Source: Neomegalonema sp. (GTDB lineage Bacteria > Pseudomonadota > Alphaproteobacteria > Rhodobacterales > Rhodobacteraceae). Taken from it: a DNA stretch of 64,000 bases. The notes below the pieces were generated by a model. That model was not told where the DNA came from. It did not search any database and worked only from the letters and a program-made list of their open reading frames with translations. The stretch lies in contig JALEFY010000037.1 in assembly GCA_022760435.1 (NCBI GenBank), positions 211,944 through 275,943 of the forward strand, given 5' to 3'. The translations under genes and the position numbers were made by a program. Positions 30,907-40,103 of the stretch are shown here, piece by piece. Each line of letters starts with the position of its first letter. Within the stretch, counting starts at the first letter, position 1.

Positions 30907-31743
30907 TTATGCCGAGACCGGCCCGGCGCGGGCGAGGATGGCGCGGGCTCTGGCGAGCACCGGCGCGTCGATCATCTGTCCGTCGATTTTCACCGCACCC
31001 GCAGAGCCTGCCTTCACGGCATGCAGCACGCGCTGCGCCCAATCGAGCAGCGCCGGATCGGGGGCAAAGCCATCACGGATCGCGGCGATCTGCCGGGGAT
31101 GGATCGCCATCTTGCCGCCAAAGCCAAAGGCACAAGCGGCGCTCGCGGCACGGCGGCTGGGCTCGGGATCGTCGATAACCGGCGTCACGCCATCGAGCGG
31201 CGGCGCCACCCCGGCGGCTCGCGCGGCGATCACCAGACGCCCGCGGGCCTGATCCATCAGCGCATGATCGGGGGAGATGCCAAGATCGAGCGCCAGATCA
31301 AGGCTGCCAAAGGCCGGGCAAAGCACCCCCGGTTCGGCGCAAAGAGAATGGGCGCGCTCGATGCCCAGAGCGGTCTCGAGCAGCGCAATGAGGGGAACTT
31401 TGGGCAAGGCAGCGCGGACCTGCGCCAGCATCGCGGGCGTTTCAGCCTTGGGGACCATCACAGCCGCGAGCCGCAGATCAGCGCCGCATTCGCGCAGCAA
31501 ATCGAGATCCGCCGCGCCGACTTCGCTGCGCGGATCATTGATGCGCAGGATTACCGGGCGCTCGACGATCCCATGAGCGGCGATATGCGAACGCGCCGCG
31601 CCCTTGGCCTCCGGCGCAACTGCGTCCTCGAGATCGAGGATCACCGCATCGGCGCCGCTGGCGGCGGCCTTTGCGAAGCGCTCCGGGCGATCACCGGGCA
31701 CAAAGAGCGGCGCGAGCGGGGTTGTCGTCAGCGCAGCGATCAT
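30907..31743 (-). CDS. HpcH/HpaI (CitE-like) CoA-ester lyase, citramalyl-/malyl-CoA lyase-like
   Basis: 278 aa with the motif FVPGDRPERFAKAAASGADAVILDLEDAV typical of citrate lyase beta / CoA-ester lyases. Confidence 0.8.
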   Translation of the reverse strand: MIAALTTTPLAPLFVPGDRPERFAKAAASGADAVILDLEDAVAPEAKGAARSHIAAHGIVERPVILRINDPRSEVGAADLDLLRECGADLRLAAVMVPKAETPAMLAQVRAALPKVPLIALLETALGIERAHSLCAEPGVLCPAFGSLDLALDLGISPDHALMDQARGRLVIAARAAGVAPPLDGVTPVIDDPEPSRRAASAACAFGFGGKMAIHPRQIAAIRDGFAPDPALLDWAQRVLHAVKAGSAGAVKIDGQMIDAPVLARARAILARAGPVSA

Positions 31744-32663
31744 CGCCCGCCCTCCGGCTGCGCGCCCGGAAGGGCTTCGTTGACCTGAGCTGGGCTGACC
31801 TGAGCTAGAGAAACCTGAGCTAGAGTGATTTGGGCGAGCATGCAGACCCGGCCCGCCTCATCCTCGGTCCAGACTTCCCCGCCCCGCGCGCAGATCGAGA
31901 ACGGCGCCGCCCCCCCGATCAGCGGACAAAGCCCGCGATAGCTGAACCGGCGCAGGGGCGCATCCGACTTCCGGGCAATCGCCTGCATCAGCACGCTCGC
32001 TTGCATCGGGCCGTGCACGACCAGCCCCGGATACCCCTCTTCCTGCATGGCGTAGGGCAGATCATAATGGATCCGGTGAGCGTTGCAGGTCAGCGCGGAG
32101 TAGCGAAACAGCAGCGGCGCACTCGGCTCGATCTGCGCCAGCACCTCGCCGCGCGCTCGATCGGGATCGGCTGGCGGCAAACTCACCGGCCCGGTCGCGG
32201 CAGGACGATAGACAATGTCCTGACGCTCGCTGATTGCCGGTCCGCGCCCGGTGGTCAACTCATGCTCGACGGTCACGAAGACCAGCGCCGAGGAGCGGCC
32301 TTGCTTGAACACGACATCGCGGATCACCGAGCGCCGCGTGAGCGCATCGCCCAGCCGCAACGCATCGTGGAACTCGAGTGCGCCGCCCGCCCACATCCGG
32401 CGCGGCAGGCTCACCGGAGGCAGGAAGCCGCCGCGCGGCGGGTGACCATCGGGCCCGAGCATTGCCAGCGGCGGGCAGGGGGTGAAGAGGGTCCAGTGGA
32501 GCCCCAGCGCCCCCGCACCCTGCCCCGTTGCAAAGATCGCCTCGAACCCGGCAACCGCCGCCTCATCGAGCGTGCAAGTCGCTTCCTCACGCCGCCCGAT
32601 CCACTGGCGCAGCACCGCCGGATCGTCCGAGGCGGCCGGAAGGGAAGGGCTCGCCGCGCTCAT
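31740..32663 (-). CDS. two-domain MaoC-like (R)-specific enoyl-CoA hydratase (itaconyl-/mesaconyl-CoA hydratase-like)
   Basis: An N-terminal FAS1-like hot-dog half and a C-terminal MaoC half. Its 3' tail carries LAQVS tandem repeats and overlaps the lyase gene by 4 bp. Confidence 0.7.
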   Translation of the reverse strand: MSAASPSLPAASDDPAVLRQWIGRREEATCTLDEAAVAGFEAIFATGQGAGALGLHWTLFTPCPPLAMLGPDGHPPRGGFLPPVSLPRRMWAGGALEFHDALRLGDALTRRSVIRDVVFKQGRSSALVFVTVEHELTTGRGPAISERQDIVYRPAATGPVSLPPADPDRARGEVLAQIEPSAPLLFRYSALTCNAHRIHYDLPYAMQEEGYPGLVVHGPMQASVLMQAIARKSDAPLRRFSYRGLCPLIGGAAPFSICARGGEVWTEDEAGRVCMLAQITLAQVSLAQVSPAQVNEALPGAQPEGGR

Positions 32664-33928
32664 CAGAACGACCTCGGCAGCTTGAGCACATGCTCGCTGA
32701 GATAGGACAGGATCAGGTTGGTGGAGATCGGCGCTACCTGATAGAGCCGCGTCTCGCGGAACTTGCGCTCGACATCATATTCGCTGGCAAAGCCGAAACC
32801 GCCATGAGTCTGAAGGCAGGTATCCGCCGCCTTCCACGACGCCTCGGAGGCGAAGAGCTTGGCCATATTGGCCATCGCGCCCACATCCTGCCCGGCATCA
32901 AAGGCGCGGGCGGCGGCATAGACCATCATCCGCGCCGCCTCGAGCTCCATGTAATTGCGGGCAATCGGGAATTGGACGCCCTGATTCTGACCGATCGGGC
33001 GACCGAACACGACCCGCTCATTGGCATAATCGCGCGACTTGCCGACGAACCAATGCGCATCGCCGACGCATTCCGCTGCGATGAGGATCCGCTCTGCGTT
33101 CATGCCATCGAGGATATAGCGCAGGCCCTTGCCCTCGATACCGATCAGGTTCTCGGCCGGGATCGTCAGATTGTCGATGAAGATTTCGGTGGTGGCATGA
33201 TTGAGCATCGCGTCGATCGGCTGGATGCGAAGCTGCTCGGGCGAGGCATCGCGCATATCGACCACAAAGACCGACAGGCCATCGGTGCGCTTTTCCACCT
33301 GATCGCGCGGCGTGGTGCGCGCCAGCAGGAGCATCAGATCGGAATGCTGGGCGCGGCTGGTCCAGACCTTCTGCCCGTTGACCACATAGGTATCCCCCTG
33401 ACGGGTGGCGGTGGTCTTGATCGCCAGCGTATCGGTCCCGGCGGTCGGCTCGGTGACGCCGAAGGCCTGAAGGCGCAGTGCGCCCGAGGCGATTTGCGGG
33501 AGCCATTTTTGCTTCTGCGCCTCGCTGCCATGACGCAGCACCGTGCCCATCGTGTACATCTGCGCGTGGCAAGCAGCGCCGTTCGAGCCAGCGGCATGCA
33601 CCGCCTCAAGGATCGCCACCGCCGCTTCGAGCCCCATACCGCTGCCACCATAGGCTTCGGGCACCAGCACCGAGAGGAACCCGCCTTCGGTCATCGCGGT
33701 GACGAACTCGCTCGGATAGGCGTCGCGCTTGTCCAGATCGCGCCAGTACTCGCCGGGGAACTGGGCGCAGAGCTTGCCCACGGCCTCGCGGATGTCGTTG
33801 TGATCAGCGCCGGTTTCAAACTTGAGATCGAGCACGCGTTCCCTTCCCTCGTATCGTGTATTGCCCGGATTGCATGGCCCGGGCATCTTTGACACGATGA
33901 GGCTCCCCCAGCCGCGTGCGAGGCACAA
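32663..33928 (-). CDS. acyl-CoA dehydrogenase
   Basis: 421 aa with the ACAD N, M and C domains and a catalytic-glutamate region near the C-terminus. Confidence 0.88.
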   Translation of the reverse strand: MCLARGWGSLIVSKMPGPCNPGNTRYEGRERVLDLKFETGADHNDIREAVGKLCAQFPGEYWRDLDKRDAYPSEFVTAMTEGGFLSVLVPEAYGGSGMGLEAAVAILEAVHAAGSNGAACHAQMYTMGTVLRHGSEAQKQKWLPQIASGALRLQAFGVTEPTAGTDTLAIKTTATRQGDTYVVNGQKVWTSRAQHSDLMLLLARTTPRDQVEKRTDGLSVFVVDMRDASPEQLRIQPIDAMLNHATTEIFIDNLTIPAENLIGIEGKGLRYILDGMNAERILIAAECVGDAHWFVGKSRDYANERVVFGRPIGQNQGVQFPIARNYMELEAARMMVYAAARAFDAGQDVGAMANMAKLFASEASWKAADTCLQTHGGFGFASEYDVERKFRETRLYQVAPISTNLILSYLSEHVLKLPRSF

Positions 33929-34004
33929 ATACCGAATTCCTCTATGGCTGATATCAAGATTGTATGGGATTTTTTCTCTGTAATATCATACGGATACGGC
34001 CATC

Positions 34005-34976
34005 ATGGATCTGCGCCAGCTCAAATATTTCGTCGCCATCGCCAAGCATGGCTCCTTCTCGAAAGCCGCCCTTTATCTGCGCATCGCCCAACCGGCGCTG
34101 AGCCAGCATGTGCGCAATATGGAGGAGGAGCTGGGCATGCCGCTCTTTCACCGGCTCTCGCGCGGAGTGACGCCGACCGAGGCCGGGGAGCGCATGCTGG
34201 TCAAGGCCAATGCGATCCTGAGCGATTTCAACGCCCTGCCCGATTTCGTGCGCGGCAAGGAACATGCCCCCGCGGGGCCGGTCCATATCGGGCTGCCGGG
34301 CACTGTCTCCGAGATCCTGGCATTGCCGCTCATCGAAACTGCGCTGGAGGCGTTCCCGGACGTGCAGATCCGCGTGGCGGAGGCGATGAGCGGCTTCGTC
34401 CTTGAATGGCTGCGCCGCGGGGAGATTGATCTTGCGATCATCTATTCGGGCGCAAACCCGGCAGGCGTGCGGACCACGCCAATCCTGAACGAGCAGCTTC
34501 ACCTCTTCGCCGCCCCGTCCCTGGCCCCGGCGCATTTGCGGCCCGGTCAGGAGATCGGCATCGACGAGGCTACGGCGCATGATCTGATCCTGCCTTCGGT
34601 CACCCACGGGCTGCGCGATCTCGTCAACGAGGCTGCGAGCCGGGCCGGGGAGACGATCAAGACCTCGATCGAGACCGACAGCTATCGGCAGATCAAGCAT
34701 CTGGCGGCGCGCGGGCTCGGCTTTGCCATCCTGCCGGAGAACGCCATTCGCCCGATGCTCGACGCTGGCGAGCTGGTGTCCTGGCCGATCCGCCGCGCGG
34801 ATCTGGGCCGCCAAGTCTATCTCGCGATGTCCACCGAGCGCCCGCTGAGCAGCGCCGCACGGGCGATCGCGCAGCACAGCGTCAACACCATCATCGCGCT
34901 GGTCGAGCAAGGCCAGTGGAGCGCGCAGCTCACCGCCCCGCAGATCACGCTCGATTTCGAGGCCGATCCGAGCTGA
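34005..34976 (+). CDS. LysR-family transcriptional regulator (divergent from the acyl-CoA dehydrogenase gene)
   Basis: N-terminal HTH MDLRQLKYFVAIAKHGSFSKAA plus a LysR substrate-binding domain. Confidence 0.92.
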   Translation: MDLRQLKYFVAIAKHGSFSKAALYLRIAQPALSQHVRNMEEELGMPLFHRLSRGVTPTEAGERMLVKANAILSDFNALPDFVRGKEHAPAGPVHIGLPGTVSEILALPLIETALEAFPDVQIRVAEAMSGFVLEWLRRGEIDLAIIYSGANPAGVRTTPILNEQLHLFAAPSLAPAHLRPGQEIGIDEATAHDLILPSVTHGLRDLVNEAASRAGETIKTSIETDSYRQIKHLAARGLGFAILPENAIRPMLDAGELVSWPIRRADLGRQVYLAMSTERPLSSAARAIAQHSVNTIIALVEQGQWSAQLTAPQITLDFEADPS

Positions 34977-35015
34977 TTTCGCCGAGCTGATTTCGCCGAG
35001 TTGATTGCGCCGAGT
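34972..35015. repeat. ~3.5 tandem copies of a 14-15 bp unit between convergent genes
   Basis: gagctgatttcgcc / gagctgatttcgcc / gagttgattgcgcc / gagttgacc. Confidence 0.6.
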
Positions 35016-35038
35016 TGACCGGGCTGAATGAACCGGCC

Positions 35039-35860
35039 TCAGAACCCGATCCAGCCGCGATCGAGCACCACCGCATCGCGCTCAGGGGCCCGGGCCCGAA
35101 ACGCGGCACCGTCAGCCTCGTCCCAGATCTCGAGCAACAGACGCTCGCCCGGATAGACGATGGAGGAAAACCGGGTATCGAGTGCGCTCAAGCCGCGCCC
35201 CGAGCGTTGGCAGAGCGCCCGCGCGGCATGACCGAGGGTGCAGAGCCCATGCAGGATCGGGCGCTTGAACCCGGCCGCCGTCGCACGCTCGGGATCGATA
35301 TGGAGCGGGTTGCGGTCTCCGGTCAGCCGATAGAGCGCGGCGGCGTTCTGCGGCAGTGAGAGGGTGATCTCGGCATCGGGCGCGCGCTCGGGCAGCACCG
35401 CCAGCGGCTCGGGCGCCGGATCGGACTGGGAGAGCCCGCCATCGCCGCGGCAAAAATTGGTCTGGGTGACCCGCGCGATCTCGCGCCCGCTGGCATCGGT
35501 GAGCCGGTTCTCGACCTGCACCACCGCGCCCTTGCCCGCGCCCTTGTCCACCACATGCGTGACCCGCGCCTGCCCGCTCAGCGCCGCCCCGATCTCGATC
35601 GGCGCCAGCATCAAGAGCCGCTGCTCGCCATGCACCACGCGGGTATAGTCGATCCCGCTCCCCGGATCCGCCATCCAGCCGCCCTGATGCGCGAGCACGA
35701 AGGCCATGGTCGGGAAGGCGGAGCGCAGCCGCTCCTCCCAAACCTGCGCGAGATCCTCGGCGCCGAACCCGATCGCAAGATGATAGAGCAGCGCGCGATC
35801 GGGCGTGCAAACCTCGCTGATCGGGGCAAAGGCGCGGTTCTTGACGGCTGAATACTCCAT
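35039..35860 (-). CDS. two-domain MaoC/hydratase-2-like enoyl-CoA hydratase
   Basis: 273 aa double hot-dog with the motif LYRLTGDRNPLHIDPERA; it resembles the hydratase part of MFE-2. Confidence 0.8.
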   Translation of the reverse strand: MEYSAVKNRAFAPISEVCTPDRALLYHLAIGFGAEDLAQVWEERLRSAFPTMAFVLAHQGGWMADPGSGIDYTRVVHGEQRLLMLAPIEIGAALSGQARVTHVVDKGAGKGAVVQVENRLTDASGREIARVTQTNFCRGDGGLSQSDPAPEPLAVLPERAPDAEITLSLPQNAAALYRLTGDRNPLHIDPERATAAGFKRPILHGLCTLGHAARALCQRSGRGLSALDTRFSSIVYPGERLLLEIWDEADGAAFRARAPERDAVVLDRGWIGF

Positions 35861-36747
35861 CAGATCGGATCCCAGTCGATCACCTGCGGCGAGCGCTCGA
35901 GCGGGGTGAGATTGCCCTTCATCGCCGGTATCGCGATCTGGGCGATGGTCTCGGGCGACCAGCCCTCGGCGTGATGGACCGAGCGCACCGGGCGCGGCTG
36001 GCTGAAGATCATGATCTCATTGGCGCGCACGCCGAAGATCTGGCCGGACACGCCCTGCGCCAGATCCGAGAGCAGATAGGTGACAAGCGGCGCGATCTTG
36101 TGCGCCTCCATCTTCTTGAGCTTTTCGACCCGCGCCGCGGCCTCTGGCGTGTCGGTCGGGATCGAGGCCGTCATTGCTCCCCAGGCGAAGGGAGCCACGC
36201 AGTTCGAGCGCACGCCAAAGCGCTCCATATCGAGGGCGATGGAGCGCGACAGGCCGACGATCCCCATCTTCGCGGCGGCGTAATTGGCCTGGCCGAAATT
36301 GCCGATCAGGCCGGAGGTCGAGGTCATATGGACGAAGGCGCCCGCCCCCTGCTCGCGAAAATGCGGGGCCGCGGCGCTGCTGGTGTAAAAGCTGCCATTG
36401 AGATGAACGGCCTGCACCGCCAGCCAATCCTCGGCGCTCATCTTGTGAAAGATGCCGTCGCGCACATTGCCAGCATTGTTCACCACCCCGTCGATGCGCC
36501 CGAAGGCTTCGATCGCGCGGGCAATGAGTCCTTCGCCGCCCTCCTGGGTGGCGATGCTGTCGGGCGAGGCGATGGCGGTGCCGCCCGCGGCCTCGATCTG
36601 TGACACCACCGCCGGGGCATTCGGCCCGGGCAGGTCATTGACCACCACCTTCGCGCCCGCCGCCCCGAGCGCCAGCGCGATCTCGCGCCCGATGCCGCCC
36701 CCGGCGCCGGTCACCGCGATCACCTTGTCCTCAACCGCACCTGTCAT
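35860..36747 (-). CDS. SDR-family 3-hydroxyacyl-CoA dehydrogenase-like oxidoreductase (MFE-2 dehydrogenase-like)
   Basis: TGAGGGIGREIA Rossmann motif and a YxxxK catalytic region. The start was chosen at MTGAVEDK; the track ORF extends 32 codons upstream. Confidence 0.82.
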   Translation of the reverse strand: MTGAVEDKVIAVTGAGGGIGREIALALGAAGAKVVVNDLPGPNAPAVVSQIEAAGGTAIASPDSIATQEGGEGLIARAIEAFGRIDGVVNNAGNVRDGIFHKMSAEDWLAVQAVHLNGSFYTSSAAAPHFREQGAGAFVHMTSTSGLIGNFGQANYAAAKMGIVGLSRSIALDMERFGVRSNCVAPFAWGAMTASIPTDTPEAAARVEKLKKMEAHKIAPLVTYLLSDLAQGVSGQIFGVRANEIMIFSQPRPVRSVHHAEGWSPETIAQIAIPAMKGNLTPLERSPQVIDWDPI

Positions 36748-36772
36748 TCCTCTGCTCCCGATCCCTGGCGGC

Positions 36773-37942
36773 TCACAGCGCCGCTTCTGTTCCGAAAATC
36801 GCCGTCGCCTGGCTCGACAACGTGCCGCCATTGCCATGGGCAAGCGCGATCTGCGCCCCTTCGATCTGCCGCGCGCCGCAGCCGCCGCGCAGCTGGCGCA
36901 CCGCCTCGATCACCGTGAAGATGCCGTACATCCCCGGGTGATAGGCCGAGAGCCCGCCGCCATTGGTATTGACCGCGAGCCGCCCGCCCGGCGCAATCGC
37001 CCCGCCCTCAACGAAGGCCCCGCCCTCACCCTTCGCACAAAAGCCCAGATCCTCGAGAAACAGGATCGTGTTGATGGTGAAGGCGTCATAGAGCGCGACC
37101 ACATCGACCTCTTCCGGGCCGAGCCCCGCCATCGCATAGGCGCGCGCGCCGCTATCGCTCGCGGCGGTGGTGGTGAAACCGGGCATCATCGAGACCTGCC
37201 GATGCCAGACCGCCGCCCCTGCGCCGAGCACATGCACCGGCGGCTGCGCCAGATCGCGCGCCCGCTCGGAGCGGGTGAGCACGAAGGCCCCGGCGCCGTC
37301 GGTCACCAGACAGCAATCGCGCACGGTCAGCGGATCGCTCACCATCCGCGCGTCGAGCACATCGGCCAGGCTCATCGGCTCGCGTTTGAGCGCTTCGGGG
37401 TTGAGCGCGGCCCAGGCCCGCGCCGCTACCGCGACCTCGGCGAGTTGCTCGCGGGTGGTGCCGAACTCATGCATATGCCGCGCGGCGACCAGCGCGTAGG
37501 AGCTCAGCGGGTTGAGCGGCTCATAAGGCGTCTCAAAGGGCTGCGGGTCGAGCACCCGGCGATAGCGCCCGATCTCGGCCCGGTTCAGGGTCGAGCTGCG
37601 CTGCGTCGAGCCATAGCAGACCAGCACCGCCTTGCACTGCCCGGACAACAGCGCATGCATCGCCGGCAGGATATGGGCGACGAAGCTCGAGCCGCCCATC
37701 ATCGTGCTGTCCTGAAAGCTTGGGCGCAGGCCCAGATACTCGACCACCGGCATCACCCACATCGCCGACGAGACGCTGGCGGTGCAAATGCCGTCGATAT
37801 CCTGAAGGGTGAGCCCGGCATCCGCGACCGCGCGCTTGGCGGCCAGGCCGAGGATCTCGAGCTCGGTATGGCCGGTGGCATCGAGCCCGGCAATCCCGAC
37901 CCCGGCAACCGCAACGCGTCCGCGCATCTCCTGCATGGTCAT
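36773..37942 (-). CDS. SCP2/SCPx-type thiolase-like protein (lipid-transfer-protein thiolase family)
   Basis: 389 aa thiolase fold with a Cys nucleophile region and C-terminal NGGGLS...GH motifs. It is paired with a DUF35 protein. Confidence 0.82.
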   Translation of the reverse strand: MTMQEMRGRVAVAGVGIAGLDATGHTELEILGLAAKRAVADAGLTLQDIDGICTASVSSAMWVMPVVEYLGLRPSFQDSTMMGGSSFVAHILPAMHALLSGQCKAVLVCYGSTQRSSTLNRAEIGRYRRVLDPQPFETPYEPLNPLSSYALVAARHMHEFGTTREQLAEVAVAARAWAALNPEALKREPMSLADVLDARMVSDPLTVRDCCLVTDGAGAFVLTRSERARDLAQPPVHVLGAGAAVWHRQVSMMPGFTTTAASDSGARAYAMAGLGPEEVDVVALYDAFTINTILFLEDLGFCAKGEGGAFVEGGAIAPGGRLAVNTNGGGLSAYHPGMYGIFTVIEAVRQLRGGCGARQIEGAQIALAHGNGGTLSSQATAIFGTEAAL

Positions 37943-38337
37943 GATGCGCTCCCCTCCGGGGTGAATTCGACACGGCCATCAACCACTTCGGCCCGCACGC
38001 GCATCCCGATGCGCACGCTCGCGGGCGCGATGCCCTTGACGCAGGACATCATCTGCACCCCTTCGGCGAGGGTGATGATGGCGACATTGTAGTCGCCGCC
38101 CTTGTCTGCTGGGCGGCGCACGGTGGTGGTCGAATAGACCTCCCCGAGCCCGGTCGGCTCGATGACGCTCAGATCCTCGCTCATGCAAGCCGGGCACAGG
38201 ATGCGCGGCGGAAAGATCGTGCGCGCGCAGGCATCGCAGCGCTGCACGGTGAAGCGCCCTTCGCGCAGGGCCTCGAAATAGCGCGCCTCCGGCCCCATAG
38301 CGGGCAGCGCATCGGCGGATCTGGCCGGTTCAGACAT
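37939..38337 (-). CDS. DUF35 Zn-ribbon / OB-fold protein (thiolase partner subunit)
   Basis: 132 aa with a CxxC...CxxC rubredoxin-like knuckle (CDACARTIFPPRILCPAC) and an OB-fold. Confidence 0.85.
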   Translation of the reverse strand: MSEPARSADALPAMGPEARYFEALREGRFTVQRCDACARTIFPPRILCPACMSEDLSVIEPTGLGEVYSTTTVRRPADKGGDYNVAIITLAEGVQMMSCVKGIAPASVRIGMRVRAEVVDGRVEFTPEGSAS

Positions 38338-38352
38338 GCTGTGGTTCCTCCC

Positions 38353-39141
38353 TCACTGCCCCTTGAAAGCGGGGTCTCTTTTCTCGCGAAAGGCCGCAAC
38401 GCCTTCGGAATAATCATCGCTCCAGCCGAGCGCCTGTTGCAGTTCCGCTTCAAGCTCGAGCTGGGCGGCAAGATCACGGCCCGGCGCCGCATCAATCGCC
38501 GTGCAGGCGGATTTGAGCGCCAGGCTAGGGGCGCTGGCCAGCCAGTCGATCAGACGGGTCTGTTCTTCGCCAAGCGCCTCATCCTCGATCACCGACCAGA
38601 TCAGCCCCCAGTCGCGCGCCCGCTCGGCACCGAGCGGCTCGGCCCGCATCGCCAGCCCTTTCGCCCGCGCGGTGCCGATGAGCTGGGGCAACATCCAGCT
38701 CGCCCCTGCATCGGGCATCAAGCCGATCCTGGCAAAGGCGAGCACGAATTTGGCCGAGCGGGTCGCGATGACCATATCCGCGCAGAGCGCGAGACTGACC
38801 CCGGCCCCCGCCGCCACACCGTTCACGAGGCAGACAAGCGGCACTTTGAGCGCCTTGAGCTTGAGGATCAGCGGCACGTAATTCGCCCGGATCGTCGCGG
38901 CGAGATCGTATTTCTGCCCCGCAGGCAGCGGCGCACGCTCCGAGAGGTCCTGCCCGGCACAAAAGCCGCGCCCGGCGCCGGTCAGGATCACCCCGCGCAG
39001 CCCCGGATGCGCAGCGGCTTGATCGAGGCAAGCGCGCAGCTCGACATGCATCGCCTCGTTCAGCGCGTTCAGCCGATCGGGGCGGTTGAGCGTGATAACC
39101 GCGACATCGCGCGCGAAGCTGAGAAGGACAGGCGCGCTCAT
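38353..39141 (-). CDS. enoyl-CoA hydratase/isomerase (crotonase) family protein
   Basis: 262 aa with the oxyanion-hole motifs GAGRGFCAGQDL and VNGVAAGAG. Confidence 0.88.
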   Translation of the reverse strand: MSAPVLLSFARDVAVITLNRPDRLNALNEAMHVELRACLDQAAAHPGLRGVILTGAGRGFCAGQDLSERAPLPAGQKYDLAATIRANYVPLILKLKALKVPLVCLVNGVAAGAGVSLALCADMVIATRSAKFVLAFARIGLMPDAGASWMLPQLIGTARAKGLAMRAEPLGAERARDWGLIWSVIEDEALGEEQTRLIDWLASAPSLALKSACTAIDAAPGRDLAAQLELEAELQQALGWSDDYSEGVAAFREKRDPAFKGQ

Positions 39142-40103
39142 AGCACCATCTCGGGCACGAGCGCCTGGCGCGCCGCATCATACTCACGCGTGAGCCGCTC
39201 GATAAGCTGAGCCGTCGGCACCACCGCCGGGATCTGGCCGACGCCCTGACCTGCGCCCCAGATATCCTTCCACACTTTCGGGCGCGGCTTGCCATCGCCA
39301 AAATCCATCTTGCGCGGCTGGGCGAGCGCAGCCTCTTGCGGATCGACGCCGGCCGCCACCATCGACGGGACGAGGTAATTGCCATGTGTGCCCGAAAACA
39401 TCGGGGTGTAGAGAATTTCCGCCGCGCTGCTTTCGGCCACCATCTGCTTGTGTCCGGGCGCGGCGATGCTCTCCTCGGTCGCCAGAAAGGCGGTGCCGAT
39501 ATAGGCGAAATCCGCCCCCAGGGCCTGGGTCGCGAGCACCGCGCGGCCATCGGCAATCGCGCCGCCGATCACGATGGCGCCGTCAAAGAAGGCACGGACC
39601 TCCGCCGTCAGCGCAAACGGGCTGAGACGCCCGCCATGCCCGCCCGCGCCTGCACAGACCAGAATGAGCCCGTCCACCCCGCTCGCAGCGGCCTTTTGCG
39701 CATGGCGCAGCGCGATGACATCGTGAAACACCATGCCGCCATAGCCATGCACCGCCTCTACCACCTTATCGGGTGCCGCGAGCGAGGTGATGACCAGCGG
39801 CACCTTATGGCGCACAATCGTCGCCAGATCCTCATCGAGCCGCGCGTTCGAGCCATGCACGATCAGATTGACCGCGAAAGGCGCCGCAAGCCGCCCGGTC
39901 TGCGCCTCAAAGCGGCGCAGGCGCTCGGTGATCTCGGTGAGCCAGCGATCGAGCTCCTCGGCCGGACGGGCATTGAGCGCCGGAAAGCTGCCGATCACGC
40001 CATGGGTGCATTGCGCAACCACCAGATCGACCCCGGAGGCGAGGAACATCGGCGCCCCGATCACCGGCAGGGACAAGCCGCGCTTGAGTTCAGCAAGTTT
40101 CAC
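39138..40103 (-). CDS. nitronate monooxygenase (NMO / 2-nitropropane dioxygenase-like FMN enzyme)
   Basis: 321 aa FMN TIM-barrel of the NMO family (GAPMFLASG...LILVCAGAGGHGG). Confidence 0.8.
   Translation of the reverse strand: MKLAELKRGLSLPVIGAPMFLASGVDLVVAQCTHGVIGSFPALNARPAEELDRWLTEITERLRRFEAQTGRLAAPFAVNLIVHGSNARLDEDLATIVRHKVPLVITSLAAPDKVVEAVHGYGGMVFHDVIALRHAQKAAASGVDGLILVCAGAGGHGGRLSPFALTAEVRAFFDGAIVIGGAIADGRAVLATQALGADFAYIGTAFLATEESIAAPGHKQMVAESSAAEILYTPMFSGTHGNYLVPSMVAAGVDPQEAALAQPRKMDFGDGKPRPKVWKDIWGAGQGVGQIPAVVPTAQLIERLTREYDAARQALVPEMVL

Noticed and set aside
30327-31178. 283-aa plus-strand ORF across the NTF2 and CitE-like genes
   Set aside because: Antisense to two well-supported minus-strand genes.
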